Shown: positions 13,901-27,325 of the stretch, one piece after another | Position numbering within the stretch: the first letter of the stretch is position 1 | Layout of the letters: every line of letters begins with the position of its first letter | Source: Octopus vulgaris | Taxonomy: Eukaryota | Length of the DNA: 64,000 nucleotides | NCBI GenBank assembly: GCA_951406725.2 | Contig: OX597818.1 | Span: forward strand, 115,072,001-115,136,000 | Direction: 5' to 3' | Program-made: the position numbers and the translations under genes | The notes under the pieces: model-generated | What the model was told of the DNA's origin: nothing | The model's input: only the letters and a program-made list of their open reading frames with translations | The model's database searches: none

Positions 13901-14329
13901 GAATAAAACGCTGCTCTCTGCGAAGCCTGGAGTTCACGGTTCCATTGTGTAAAGGCCAAGCCAAACATGGTGAAATGATGTGTTGAGCGGTACATATTGA
14001 GACACAACATAAACAGCGATTTTGAGATTCTAGTATAAACATAACGTCAGACAGACGCACATATTTGCGGACGCGCACGCTCTCACGTGTTTGACGTGTG
14101 TGCGCGCGTGCTCGTCTGCGCGCGTGCTCGTCTGCGCGCGTCCTCGTCTGAGCGCGTGCTCGTATCTGCTTGATTGCAGCCTGTGCGTGTGTGTATGTGT
14201 ATATGCGTGCCCGCAGACTGCAGAGATACTGGGCTGTCCCCAGAATAACAACAATATCGTTTGAAACTAAAAGAAAAAAAAAAATTGATGAACAGTTGAG
14301 TAAGATGGCCATATGTACTTTATTGATAA

Positions 14330-14727
14330 CTAGAAGTTTGGCCCGGCGTTGCTCGGGTTTGTTTTCTTTTCGACTTTTTAGAATTGGAATTTTTCAAAAG
14401 TAAAAATTTTGCATTATGTAGCATGTTATTCTCTTTAAGTGAACATTTTACTGGTTGAAATACACCGAAAAATGGCGACACAGCAGTCAAAAGATTGTAA
14501 AAACTAGGGATTTTCATGGAAAAAAAGCACCTTTTTGATGTAAATAATTTTTGGTGTTAACATGGGCCGATTGAAATTATTTCTTCTACAGAATGAAGAA
14601 CAAGCCTTCTTTTATCATACTTTCAATTTTGGTCAACTTGCGCCGAAGGGTCTCGGAGGAGATAGTGTTATTTGAAGGCTACCAAACCTGCCACACACAG
14701 ACAACTTCAGCTTTATATATAAAGAGA
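14330..14727 (-). mobile_element. Non-autonomous Helitron, copy 1 of an inverted pair
   Basis: On the minus strand: A|TC start, hairpin cccgagcaacgccggg, CTAG|T end. Highly similar to 15877-16273. Confidence 0.85.
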
Positions 14728-15318
14728 TTTATATTATGGCTCGCGGAAGGAGATTAAAGACAAACACAGCCTTTGGAGATTTTGGTCTCAGAACAACGAG
14801 AGAAACAAGTAAGCATTAAGCTAGTTATTTTATCCGCCACCTAACGACCACTCACTGAACATGAATAATTTAATAATAAAAGAAAATGAATTCAAGTTTG
14901 TATCAAGTTGTTATAAGTGAGTGCTATACCTGCCGTCTGTTGAGGAGATGCTCGTCATAACGGAAGTTACTCTAGAATTTCCTGCACATAATACGACGTT
15001 GAGAAATATTTTAATGAGTTCTTAATCATTAACTTATTTTTCTAAGATATACTAACGCTTAATTAGCATGAATGAAACGTGGATCAACTTACAGGTTTTT
15101 TTTTTATTATTTTAAAGGAAATATTCTTTTAATGAGATTATTTTGAACTAGCAACAAACTGAATATGTATGTATGCGCACGCGCGATGTGTGCTTGTGTA
15201 TATCGTTGTGTATATTTATGTACGTACGTGCGTAAGCATGTAGGTTGATAGATAGGTAAGAAGGTAGGTTAGATAGTTACGTAGGTAGGTAGTTATGTAG
15301 GTAAGTAGGTAGATATAA

Positions 15319-15550
15319 GCCGGCGAGCTGGCAGAAACGTTAGCACGCCGGGCGAAGTGCTTAGCGGTATGTCGTCTGCCGTTACGTTCTGAGTTCAAAT
15401 TCCGCCGAGGTCGACTTTGCCTTTCATCCTTTCGAGGTCGAATAAATAAGTACCAGTTACGCACCGGGGTCGATATAATCGACTTAATCCGTCTGTCTGT
15501 CCTTGTTTGTCCTCTCTGTGTTTAGCCCCTTGTGGGTAGTAAAGAAATAG
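15319..15550 (+). mobile_element. SINE family A, full length
   Basis: Complete from head to tail, flanked by a duplication of about 55 bp of the (AGGT/AGAT)-rich target. Confidence 0.9.
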
Positions 15551-15876
15551 ATAGGTAGGTTAGATAGTTACGTAGGTAGGTAGTTATGTAGGTAGGTAGA
15601 TATAAGTAGATCTAATCAGTTCATGCCAGTCATGAGGCCAAACAACCAGCGGTTCTTGAGATATTTTGTCCACAGACAAACAAACACGACTGAAAATATT
15701 ACCTCCGCCTTAGCGAAGGCGAAGCAATAGCAAAGAAGTCGAATTGTTTGTTAATTTGAAAATAATGGTTTGTCATTTTCCCTGTTAGAGTTTCTGTTTG
15801 ATATGACTTCAAACAGAGAGGTACATGGAGTAACATTGAAACTTAAGAAGTCCGACGTTTCTTGTTCAACACTAAA

Positions 15877-16273
15877 TCTTTCTCTATATAAAGCTGAAGT
15901 TGTCTTGTGTGGCAGGTTTGGTAGCTTTCAAATAACACTATCTCCTCCGAGACCCTGTGGCGCAAGTTGACCAAAATTGAGTGTATGATAGAAGAAGGCT
16001 TGCTCTTTCTTTCGTAGAAGAAAACATTCAAATCGGACCATGTTAACACCAAAAATTATTTACATCAGAAAGGTGCTTCTTTTCTATGAAAATCCCTATT
16101 TTTTACAATTTTTTGACTGCTGTGTCGCCATTTTTCGGTGTATTTCAACCAGAAAAATGCTCACTTAAAGAGAATAACAAGCTACATAATGCAAAAGTTT
16201 TACTTTTCAAAAATTCCAGTTCTAAAGTGTCGAAAAGAAAACAAGCCCGAGCAACGCTGGGCTATACTGCTAG
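15877..16273 (+). mobile_element. Non-autonomous Helitron, copy 2 of an inverted pair
   Basis: A|TCtttctctatataaagc...gcccgagcaacgctgggc tatactgCTAG|T. Confidence 0.85.
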
Positions 16274-16781
16274 TATCAATCGTCTGGAAGCTGTTCAGCG
16301 ACGTGCAACCAAAAGAATACCCTCCATCAGGCATTTGCCATATCCTGAACGCCTTACCTCCCTGGGCATGGACACATTGAAACTCCGACGTCTGGCAGCT
16401 GACTTGGTAGACACCCATAAAATTATCAACCATCGCACAAACAATAACTCTGAGCACCTCTTCAAACTCCACCCATCTAACACCCGTGGACATATTTACA
16501 AAGTAAGAAAATAGCACAGCTCCCATGACTTCAGGAAACATTTTTTCACGCTGTGAGTTGCTGAAGCGTGGAACAAACTGCCGACATCGGTTGTTAGTTG
16601 TCGGAGCACTGCTTCCTTCAAGACTTCCATGCTTCCTGAGATTCGCCAACACTACACTTGATTTTCTCCCCTCCATACACCCAGACATTTCTACACTACT
16701 GCATGTACTTTATATGCACTTTCTGACAAGTTGTGGTGCACCTGAGCACTGTATACAATAATTTCATTATTATTATTATTA
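16274..16781 (+). mobile_element. CR1-like LINE 3' fragment with 3' UTR and (TTA)n tail
   Basis: LEAVQRRATKRIP...YPERLTSLGMDTLKLRRLAADL...TRGH...WNKLP, typical of the region after the RT domain in CR1 ORF2; ends in attattattatt. Confidence 0.9.
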
Positions 16782-18936
16782 TCTAAATATATATGGCTTC
16801 ATAGAAAAATACAAATTCAAACTTGTCATTATTTTTCCTATTAGCGGCTTGGTTCAAATGAAAACCTCGCAGTCGCAATGTCTTCTTGTTCTAGCAGAAA
16901 GTAGACTCTGACTTCAATTCATGCGACCTGGAATACATATAAGTTCACTAGGAACCGCAGCTCATTTAACGAATCTCATTTGAAACGATTCCATTTTACA
17001 CTATTTAACACTATTTCTCTTGCGTATATTCCTTGCGTTTCTGCACCATTGTGTTCGCATTTGCCCACTGCTTATAAACGAAACTTCAAAAGGAAAACAA
17101 AAACACCAAAACATTTCTTGCGTTACTTCATGTATTTGCAGAAAATAAATTAAAATGTAATATTAGCCATTGTCTATTTTGTTTTTTCCTCGCTGCATAT
17201 TTTATAATTTCACTGTTTAATTCCCCCATGAGTTAAATTTGCCGACACCCACTTACATACTGAACTATAAACGTGTCTTTTTTTTCTAACCAGTATTCGG
17301 GGAGATGTAAAACACCAGGGTTATATGTAATGTCATGTAATGTAATGTCATTATTTAATTACCTAATTTTTATCTTTTTTTTTCTGTTGTATCTCATTCT
17401 CTTGAAGCCTTTGTACGAACACTAACATCGGTTACTATTCATGAATATTTTCACAAACCATAGGTTGCTGCTTGTTTGTTTGTTTCTTTGTTTGTTGAGC
17501 GAAGCGGTATTCGTCCCAGTAGTAGGAGAAGTCAGTAACGTGGTCCCTTGCTATTCGTAAGACCCGCAGAAGAGAAAGCAGGTCAACCCCCGACACCGAG
17601 AGCATCGACGGATGGATGAATGCGCATCCAGGATCAGCGGTTGCGTAGGAAGTCGGGGACAAGAAACAGGAAGAAAGAGTGAGAGAAAGTTGGAGCGAAA
17701 GAGTACAACAGGGGTCACCACCACCCCCTGCAGGAGCCTCGTGGAGCTTTAAGTGTTTTCGCTCAATAAACACAGACAACGCCCGGTCTGGGAATCGAAA
17801 CCGTGATCCTCCGACCGCGTGTCCGCTGCCCTAACCACTGGGCCATTGCACCTCCACTGATGCTGCTGCTGCTGTTGTTGTTGTTGTTGTTAAGCAACAA
17901 GACGGGTAGGGGTGATTAGGTGATGGTCTAGGGCTTAGGGGCGGGAGACCCCAGACCTTGAAAAAAAACTTTGGTTGTCTTGTTGCTGTCGAGGGCACTT
18001 CGTTGACGCCCCTGGGAGGTGGCCCTCGAAGTCGCTGGAAATGGAGATCTCCAGGTCCAGATTCTTGGACGGCTGTTGCTGCTGCTGTTGTTTTTGTCTT
18101 TGTTATATTTTTCTCCCTAATACAGCCCTGCCCAAAACCTTTGGAGGGATTATCTAAAACATTTTGGTCACATGAATACCGTTTCTCCAACGCCCAGTCA
18201 TAATCCATCAATCACAAAATTATCTTTTCACTCATTCCTTTTTAAGATGCTAAATTGTAGTTTGGGGAAGACCTGGTTACTATTTCTAGAAGATCAAGCA
18301 ACCAGATAGAAGTTCTTTCATTGGTCAAACACGACCGAGTTGAGTTTCATTGTTACGTCAACAAACAAATCACGTGAACGTCTACCATAAAAATATTTGC
18401 GTGTAGTGGTACGAATCGTTTGTGTAGGACCTACGTTTCCCACTCCACTCACTGAAGATCGGACAGTCTTAAAGTTTTCTGGTTCAAGTTCGGTTTAAGT
18501 CATTTTAGAAGTCCACCCAGAACTGTTTCGAGGAATCGAGGTAAAAAGCAAAAACACATTTTGTTTTTCCTTATCTGTCTATCTGTTATACAAGCGTGTA
18601 TGTTCTCTTTCTCTTTTTAAATTTAGAATTAATTTTGGCGAGACACCTACTTGGGAGCAAGGCTGCGGAATAAAGTATCGCCCTTCAAGTTTTAGGAAAG
18701 TCTTGCAGACTTTTAGCATGTATGTATGTATGCATGCATGTATGTATGTACGTGTGTGTACGTATGTATGCCGGTCTGCTCTCCCCGTTAGTATATCTAT
18801 ATAACTAATATGGACTTAATCTCTCTCTCCTTTGCTCTTACCTTTTCTCTCCTTAACGCCTCTGTCTGTCTCTCTCTCTCTCTCTCACTTCTTCCTCTTT
18901 TTCTCTTTCCCTTCCTCTTACTTTTTCTCTCCTTAA

Positions 18937-19006
<70 letters not shown>

Positions 19007-19126
19007 CCCATATTACATGTAGCAGGTGTCTATGGACTCAATCAAGTTTCGAATATTCGATATATTAAAATGTTTCTTGGTTTATGGAACAGAGAAAATA
19101 TTTATTCACAAGCTGTTAAACAGTCA

Positions 19127-19228
<102 letters not shown>

Positions 19229-19673
19229 CGCAATGACCCAGTGGTTAGAGCAGCGGACTCGCGGTCATAGGATTGCGGTTTCAATTCCCAGAGCGCGCGT
19301 TGTGAGTGTTTATTGAGCGAAAACACCTAAAGCTCCACGAGGCTCCAGCAGGGGGTTGGAGGCGAACCCTGTTGTACTTTTTCACCACAACTTTCTCTCA
19401 CTCTTTCTTCCTGTGTCTATGGTACCTGTATTTCAAAGGGCCAGCCTTGTCACACTCTGTGTCACGCTAAATCTCCCCGAGAACTACGTTAAGGGTACAA
19501 GTGTCTGTGGAGTGCTCAGCCACTTGCACGTTAATTTCACGAGCAGGCTGTTCCGTTGATTGGATCAACTGAAACCCTCGTCGTCGTAACCGACGGAATG
19601 CCACGACGATATATATATCTGTTGATTTATCTATCTTACTTTCTCTCTCTATCACTCTATCTATCTATCTATC

Positions 19674-19725
<52 letters not shown>

Positions 19726-19764
19726 TGTATATGTAGTTATATATACACACACACACACACACAT

Positions 19765-19820
<56 letters not shown>

Positions 19821-19953
19821 GTATGCATGTATGTATGTATGTATGTATGTATGTATGTATATAGGGAGAATTCACACAAAAAACAAAAGACGAAGGCAGG
19901 TGGTGTAGACAACAAACAGATGTATTAGTATAACGCTTGGGAATTGAAAAAGT

Positions 19954-19989
19954 CTTTAACGTTTCGAGCCTACGCTCTTCCACAGAAAG
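19954..19989 (-). ncRNA. Minimal type-I hammerhead-like motif with a variant core
   Basis: Minus strand cttt-CTGTGGAA-gagc(gtag)gctc-GAAA-C-GTT-aaag. Confidence 0.55.
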
Positions 19990-20119
19990 GAACACAGAAA
20001 GAAACAAGGAGAGAATATAAAGAATGTGTAGTGACTAGCGATCTATCATGGCGAATGCCGGACGGAGGGGTCACACAGGATAGGCCTTGTGAATGCCACG
20101 CATCCATTTTCAAGTAAAT

Positions 20120-20162
<43 letters not shown>

Positions 20163-20171
20163 TCTCTCTGT

Positions 20172-20213
<42 letters not shown>

Positions 20214-20955
20214 CTGTTGATTTATCTATCTATCTTTCTTCCTCCCTCCCTCCCTCTCACTCTCTCTCTCCCTCTCTCTCTATCTATCTATCTATTTATC
20301 TCTATCTATATTTATCCATGTGATGCTCCATTTGTCGGAATTGTCGACAATTACTGATTTGTTTGTGAGTTTGTCTGCGTAATCTATTTTTTTAATGTCA
20401 CATTGTGTTCTATATATAATCTACTTTTATCATCACCTACTCCCCTAAACTCCTCATCCCTCAAACATACATTGTATACACACTAAATCCCATACCACAG
20501 AACACTTGTGGGGTTGCTGTGTGTGGTTCTAGAAACGCTGTAGATATTTCCGTTCTTCCCTTACAAAGGAAATTACTAGAAAATTTCAAACTCATAAACA
20601 ATAAGTTTCTATCACATCCTACCACCCCAATCACAACCACTACCACCACTACTACTCCTACCACTAGGCAACAAACGAGTCTCTACATGGTCACTCGCCT
20701 TTCTAGAAATAGTAGCTAAATTTCCCTAAAATTACAGCCTACCGTCTTAAAAAATAAGAACACAAGCATACCTCAACTTGCGTCAATAAATGTTTACAAG
20801 TTTCTTTATTAGCCACAAGGGCCCAAAATAGAGGGGGACAAACAAGAACAGACAGGACACCACAGAGGGGACAATACATAAAACGAATATGAATGAGATG
20901 ATTATATAACAATGAGGTTATGAATGGTTGCATGCGCCCCTCATCATATGCAGTA

Positions 20956-21196
20956 CCTATTTCTTTCCTATCCACAAGGGGCTAAACACAGAGAGGACAA
21001 ACAAGGACAGACAAAGCGATTAAGTCGATTACATCGACCCCAGTATATAACTGGTACTTAATTTATCGACTCCGAAAGGATGAAAGGCAAAGTCAACCTC
21101 GGCGGAATTTGAACTCAGAACTCAGAACGTAACGGCAGACGAAATACGGTTTCGCATTTCGCCCGGCTTGCTAACGTTTCTGCCAGCTCGCCGCCT
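20956..21196 (-). mobile_element. SINE family A, full length, 15 nt downstream of the tRNA-Glu-like sequence
   Basis: Same head, body and tail as the other family A copies. Confidence 0.9.
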
Positions 21197-21211
21197 TTAA
21201 ATAAGTACGCG

Positions 21212-21283
21212 TTCCCATGCCGCAAATCGAACCCGGGCCGCCTGGGTGAAGGCCAGGAATCCTAACCACTAGACTACATGGGA
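21212..21283 (-). tRNA. tRNA-Glu(TTC)-like gene, probably a pseudogene or retrocopy
   Basis: Minus strand reads TCCCATGTAGTCTAGTGGTTAGGATTCCTGGCCTTCACCCAGGCGGCCCGGGTTCGATTTGCGGCATGGGAA (72 nt). Acceptor and anticodon stems pair and the anticodon is TTC. Position 33 is C rather than U, the T-stem has a G-G mismatch, and there is no oligo-T terminator directly downstream. Confidence 0.85.
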
Positions 21284-21643
21284 AAGCTGATCATCACATG
21301 TAGTACCATTAATCTTTTTTTTACAGTCCCTTTTTATCATGTATTTACACAATTAACTATCGTATTACATACCATTGCAAGTATTTGAGCCGTTATATAA
21401 ATTCTCTACAATTGTTCTTCCATTTTGCAATATTTTTTAAACATAACATAAAGCACTTTACTCTTTCTTTTTTTCCTCCTTTTTCTTTTTTCCTTTTCTT
21501 TTCTTCCTCTCAATTTAACATACTTATTTTCTTTTTAGTAGTACTTCATCAATGGTTCAATTTCTATTAAAGCGTCAATAAATGTTTACAAGACACGCAA
21601 CCTAACTCTAAAACAGAACGTAACACACACACACACACGCACT

Positions 21644-21745
<102 letters not shown>

Positions 21746-22660
21746 ACAGTTTAAAATTTATATTAGCGTTTTTCCTGTTCTAATGAATGATTTGTACATA
21801 AGGCGGCGAGCTGGCAGAAACGTTAGGGCGCCGGGCGAAATGCTAAGAGGTTTTTCGTCTGCCGTTACGTTCTGAGTTCAAATTCCACCGAGGTCGACTT
21901 TGCCTTTCACCCTCTCGGGGTCGATTAAATAAGTACCAGTTACCCACTGGGGTCGATATAATCGACTTAATTCGTTTGTGGTGGTGGTGGTAGTTCTTTC
22001 TTTATTGGCCACCAATGCCGAACACAAAACCTTGAGGACAATAGACAGACGAGAGACAAACAGATTTCTTTCTAAGAAGTGAATCTGTAATTTGAGAGGA
22101 GGGTTTGTCTACTATTTCTAGCAGAATGAACGACCACGTAATAAATTCCTCATTAGCCTGTGGTTGCTGTTGTGCGGGGTGGGAGGCAACGGCGACGCCT
22201 GCAGTGGTGGAGGAAATGAGGGGCGGGAGATGGTGTCGATGGAGGGAAGCATTGTTTGTGAGTTGATATTTTCAAGATCCCATTCTAGGGAGGAACGAAA
22301 GCGGAAAGGTTTCAGAGCAAAAGTGATGAAGGAAGTAGAACGCAATTCTTACGCCATCGTCGACCACTAACACCATCACCACCACCACCACCACCAACAT
22401 ATTCTATTCTTTGTCGGTCCTCCCTCCCTCCCTCCCTCCCATTGCTACCATCACCGTCTCAACGAGCATTTCGTCACTTCAACAACAATGACAATACGAC
22501 TCTATTAATAGCAGCAGCAACAACAACAACAACAACAGCAGCAGCAGAGTTCATTACATAACCAACAAGAACGACAACAACAACAACAACTGAAAGAGCA
22601 GCAATAATAATAAAGAGAAAAAGACTAATAACAATAATAATAATAATAATACCGCCAGAA

Positions 22661-22930
22661 TGGCTGTGTGGAGGCACAGGAGTTGCTGTGAGGAGGCACA
22701 GGAGTGGGTGTGTGGAGGCACAGGAGTTGCTGTGAGGAGGCGCAGGAGTTGCTGTGTGGAGGCGGAGGAGTGCGTGTGCGGAGGTACAGGAGTTGCTGTG
22801 TGGAGGCACAGGAGTTGCTGTGTAGAGTCACAGGAGTGGGTGTGTGGATGCGGAGGAGTGCCTGTGTGGGGACACAGGAGTGGCTGTGTGGAGACGCAGG
22901 AGTGGGTGTGTTGAGGCGCAGGAGTGGGTG
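22661..22930 (+). repeat. Minisatellite of 20-22-bp units (ggaggcacaggagtKgctgtgt)
   Basis: About a dozen tandem units whose sequence matches the 5' end of SINE family B. Confidence 0.85.
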
Positions 22931-23001
22931 TGTGTATATGTATGTATGTATGTATGCATGTATACATATATATACATATATATATATACTTATATATATA
23001 C

Positions 23002-23135
<134 letters not shown>

Positions 23136-24120
23136 ACACACACATATATATATATTATGTATGTAACGGTTGAGGTTACCAGTTGTAAGCGATGAAAGAT
23201 TTGTTTTTGTAGCGAACCTTGTTATAGTGCAACGTCCGGATCGCCAGTTTGTAACGGTAGAGTTTTAAGTTGAAGTCGAGGGTCACCACTTGTAAGAGTT
23301 AGGTTTTAATTAGTGTAGTTACCAATTGTAACGGGTGAGATTGATTAGGTACACAAGAATATGAAATGTTAGAGTCAACAGTTATAACGATAAAAATTTG
23401 TTTTTAAAACGACAAGTTGTAGGATGTGAAAGATGAACAATGCATGAAGTTCTAAGGACGTATTTATTTACCGTTACGTTACAATACATTGCCTCGACGA
23501 GCAGGTTATGATAAATCCAAAAGCATGCGAAGTAAAGTTTGTGCTAGTGTTCTCTGCATTGTTTAGTAGTATATGCGGAGAAAAAATGATGTAAGAGAAC
23601 AGAATTAGAGCTAGTGAGAGTTGTAGGGTGTCGCCTCACAGTTGCTGACAGTAAACTTCATTTCTCCGTCTGACCAAGGTTCTAGCGGGTCAGCCAGATT
23701 TCGTTCTCACTGAGTTGTCACCGAGGTGACTGAACTGGTTGAGTCGTCACCATGTAACTGAACTAACTATTTGCTTGGTGTTTATGATTTTATGACTATC
23801 CAGAAGGATAGTCATATCATTGAGAACAATAGATTTAGTTGGTGGTTTTGCGATCTCTATTCTAGCTTTTGCTGAAATAGAAGAGGTTATAAGGGTCAAA
23901 TGGCGAAGTCATGATTTCGGCCTAAGGGCAATCTGACAAATGTAAAACTGCTGTCACAAAAAAACCATTGTTCCACCGTGGGAAAAGTTCTGCTGAACTG
24001 TTAATTTAAATTTGGTTATGGTGGATCGAATCCACTTCATGCTTGCAAGACCCACTACATCTATATATTTATATACATACATATACATACACACACACAA
24101 ACACACATATATATATAACG

Positions 24121-24157
<37 letters not shown>

Positions 24158-24436
24158 AGGCGCAATGGCCTAGTGACTAGGGCAGCGGACTCACGGTCGT
24201 AGGATCGCGGTTTCGATTCCTAGACCGGGCGTTGTGAGTGTTTATTGAGCGAAAACACCTAAAAGCTCCAAGGTGGTGATCCTTGCTGTACTCTTTCACC
24301 ACAACTTTCTCTCACTCTTTCTTCTGTTGGCCTGCTCGCCAGCGGGGTGGCGTCATTTGAAGGCTAAAACAATGCGAACGCATTGTGACCAGCGATGTGT
24401 AGCAACATCTGATAGCCTGGTCGGTCACGGTCACGG

Positions 24437-24489
<53 letters not shown>

Positions 24490-24914
24490 TATGTGGGCAC
24501 AGGACGTCATGAAACGTGTACAACAAAAAATAGGAAGTATGTGTACATAGAATTTAAGCTATTTTTTCGAACAACGAAAGACACAAATGGAAAACAAAAC
24601 AAACAACATATAGAACGACCCGTCATCAGTTGCTGGCTGTTTCTCTAGTCTCGTGTTTCGAGCATTTAACAACAATACACGCTTTCGATAAAACAGTTAC
24701 TCCCGCAAAGCAAATTAAATAAAATTTGGGATTTTGCAGAGGGTCAGAATTGGTAACACAAACAAGACAGTGAAAACAAACAGGAAGGGCTGCTAAGCAT
24801 AAACGAGGTTGTGGTAGAGAACGCGTAAATCAAGCCTGGACAGGAGACACAAGAACACGTCGTAAACACATATATGTATATAATGCTTGTGTGTGTGTGC
24901 GTCTGTGTTGCCTG

Positions 24915-24990
<76 letters not shown>

Positions 24991-26302
24991 TTGTGACTGT
25001 TTGTTAGATAGCTTTGACAAGCGTGCTCCAGTTTTATAATTTCTGCTGAAGACATTTTCTATTTTCTCTTCATAGAACCCTCCTCACACATGCAAAACTT
25101 CGCAATTAATTAATTACCCATTATTATACACGACACAATGAATATATCATCGCTCTGATAACATCAATTAACAACAAACCAAAAAAAGTATCCCCACCCC
25201 CGATTGCAGAAAGAAAAAAAAAACACGTCAACCAATTTTCAAAAGTTCAAACATTGCAGTAATAACGTCATTATTAAAAAGAAACACACCAACAGTTTTC
25301 TCCACGGATATAACGAACGGCAGTAATATACATCAACAGCAATCAATCACCAGTCACACACTTAACAAACAACATAGGTACTGTATACACAGATGGATCC
25401 CCCCCGACACCCCACCACAACCACCACCACCACCACCACCACTAGACATATGCATATGCCACTAGGCGACATAGAAACATACTGTACCAATTATCCATCC
25501 CAAAAAAAAATTTGCAAACTTCATGGGAAGGGAAACCAGGCAGGGTTAGATAACTCAAACATTTGACAAACATATGCGTAGGCTGGCTGTGTGGTAAAGC
25601 AGTTTGCTTCCCAACCATAGGGTTCCGGGTTCAGTCCCACTGCGTGGCACCCTGAGTAAGTGTTCCTTGTGTGTGGATTTGGTAGAGGAAAATTGAAAGA
25701 AACCTGTCAGATGTGTGTGTGCGCGCGCGCGCGGTGTGTGGTGTGTGTGTGGTATGATGTGTGTGCATACGACTGTATTTGTCCTACTACCACTGCTTTG
25801 CTTACATCTCCGTAACTTAGTAGTTCGGCAAAAGAGACCGATAGGATAAATACCACGCTTTAAAAAAAATACTGGCTGGATTCGTTCGACGAAAAAATTC
25901 TTCATGCCGGTGCCCCAGCTTGGCCGCAGTCAAATGAGTTGAAACAAGCAGACTATAGAAAATAAAACAACGCATAAGAGTGAAAAGAAAAAGCATCAAA
26001 TAAGTAAACGAAAAGAAACAAACAAACAAAAACAACATAAAATGAAGAATAACAAACACAGTAAAAGGGTAACAACAAAAACTACAAAACAAATTGTTTA
26101 ATAATATAGAGAAATTAGCCACGTCAACATCAACAACAGCAACACAGACGAACAGTAAATACTTCACACAGCGATAACAATCGGAAAGAATTATCCCACA
26201 CTTAACCCCCAAGTAAATTCGTTCATCTGATATTTCCTGAAAGTCAGCCACCAAAAGTCTCACAGAAAAAAAAAACTGCAAAGCAAAGCGAATCGTATTT
26301 AC

Positions 26303-27078
26303 CTATTTCTTTACTACCCACAAGGGGCTAAACAAAGAGGGGACAAACAAGGACAGACAAACGGGTTAAGTCGATTATATCGACCCCAGTGCGTAGACTG
26401 GTACTTATTTAATCGACCCCGAAAGGATGAAAGGCAAAGTCGACCTCGGCGGAATTTGAACTCAGAACGTAACGGCAGACGAAATACCTATTTCTTTACT
26501 ATCCACAAGGGGCTAAACACAGAGGAGAACAAACAAGGACAGACAAAGGGATTAAGTCGATTACATCGACCTCAGTAACTGATACTTATTTAATCGACCT
26601 CGAAAGGATGAAAGGTAAAGTCGACCTCGGCGGAATTTGAACTCAGAACGTAACGGCAGACGAAATACCTATTTCTTTACTATCCACAAGGGGCTAAACA
26701 CAGAGGAGAACAAACAAGGACAGACAAAGGGATTAAGTCGATTACATCGACCTCAGTAACTGATACTTATTTAATCGACCTCGAAAGGATGAAAGGTAAA
26801 GTCGACCTCGGCGGAATTTGAACTCAGAACGTAACGGCAGACGAAATACCTATTTCTTTACTATCCACAAGGGGCTAAACACAGAGGAGAACAAACAAGG
26901 ACAGACAAAGGGATTAAGTCGATTACATCGACCTCAGTAACTGATACTTACTTAATCGACCTCGAAAGAATGAAAGGCAAAGTCGAACTCGGTGGAATTT
27001 GAACTCAGAACGTAACGGCAGACGAAATACGGCTACGCATTTCGCCCTGCGTGCTAACGTTTCTGCCAGCTCGCCGCC
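26303..27078 (-). mobile_element. SINE family A tetramer: one head plus four tandem bodies of about 180 bp
   Basis: The unit ctatttctttact...ggcagacgaaatac occurs four times, flanked by the direct repeat caaagcgaatcgtattt (starting at 26284 and 27084). Confidence 0.9.
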
Positions 27079-27285
27079 TTAAACAAAGCGAATCGTATTT
27101 ACCTTCACCTAAACCAGTCATGGGCAACCTACGGCCGCCTTTTTTGTGAATTTTCTATCCAAAACCCAATCAAAATGCCCGAAATTTGATACGCCAATTG
27201 AATGCCAGCTAGCTGTATGTGATTGGTCGGAGATTTGGACAGTACTCGCGTGTATGTGCGCACGCACGCAGCTGTATATGCATGC

Positions 27286-27325
27286 ACTAGCACTATGACC
27301 CGGCAATGCCGGGTCATAGTGCTAG

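Noticed and set aside
15216-15464. Recurrent ORF MRNWYL..RPRKDERQSRPRRNLNSERNGRR, also at 40302 and 41647
   Set aside because: This is the antisense translation of SINE family A, so the recurrence reflects the repeat.
20670-20760. Recurring ctagaaatagYagc motif, also near 300, 5340, 18280, 22110, 38625, 53180 and 55355
   Set aside because: Best explained as fragments of an old dispersed repeat that is too decayed to delimit; there is no evidence for a regulatory role.
26303-27078. Regular repeats that could be mistaken for a CRISPR array
   Set aside because: The units are ~180-bp SINE bodies with no unique spacers, the context is eukaryotic, and there are no cas genes.
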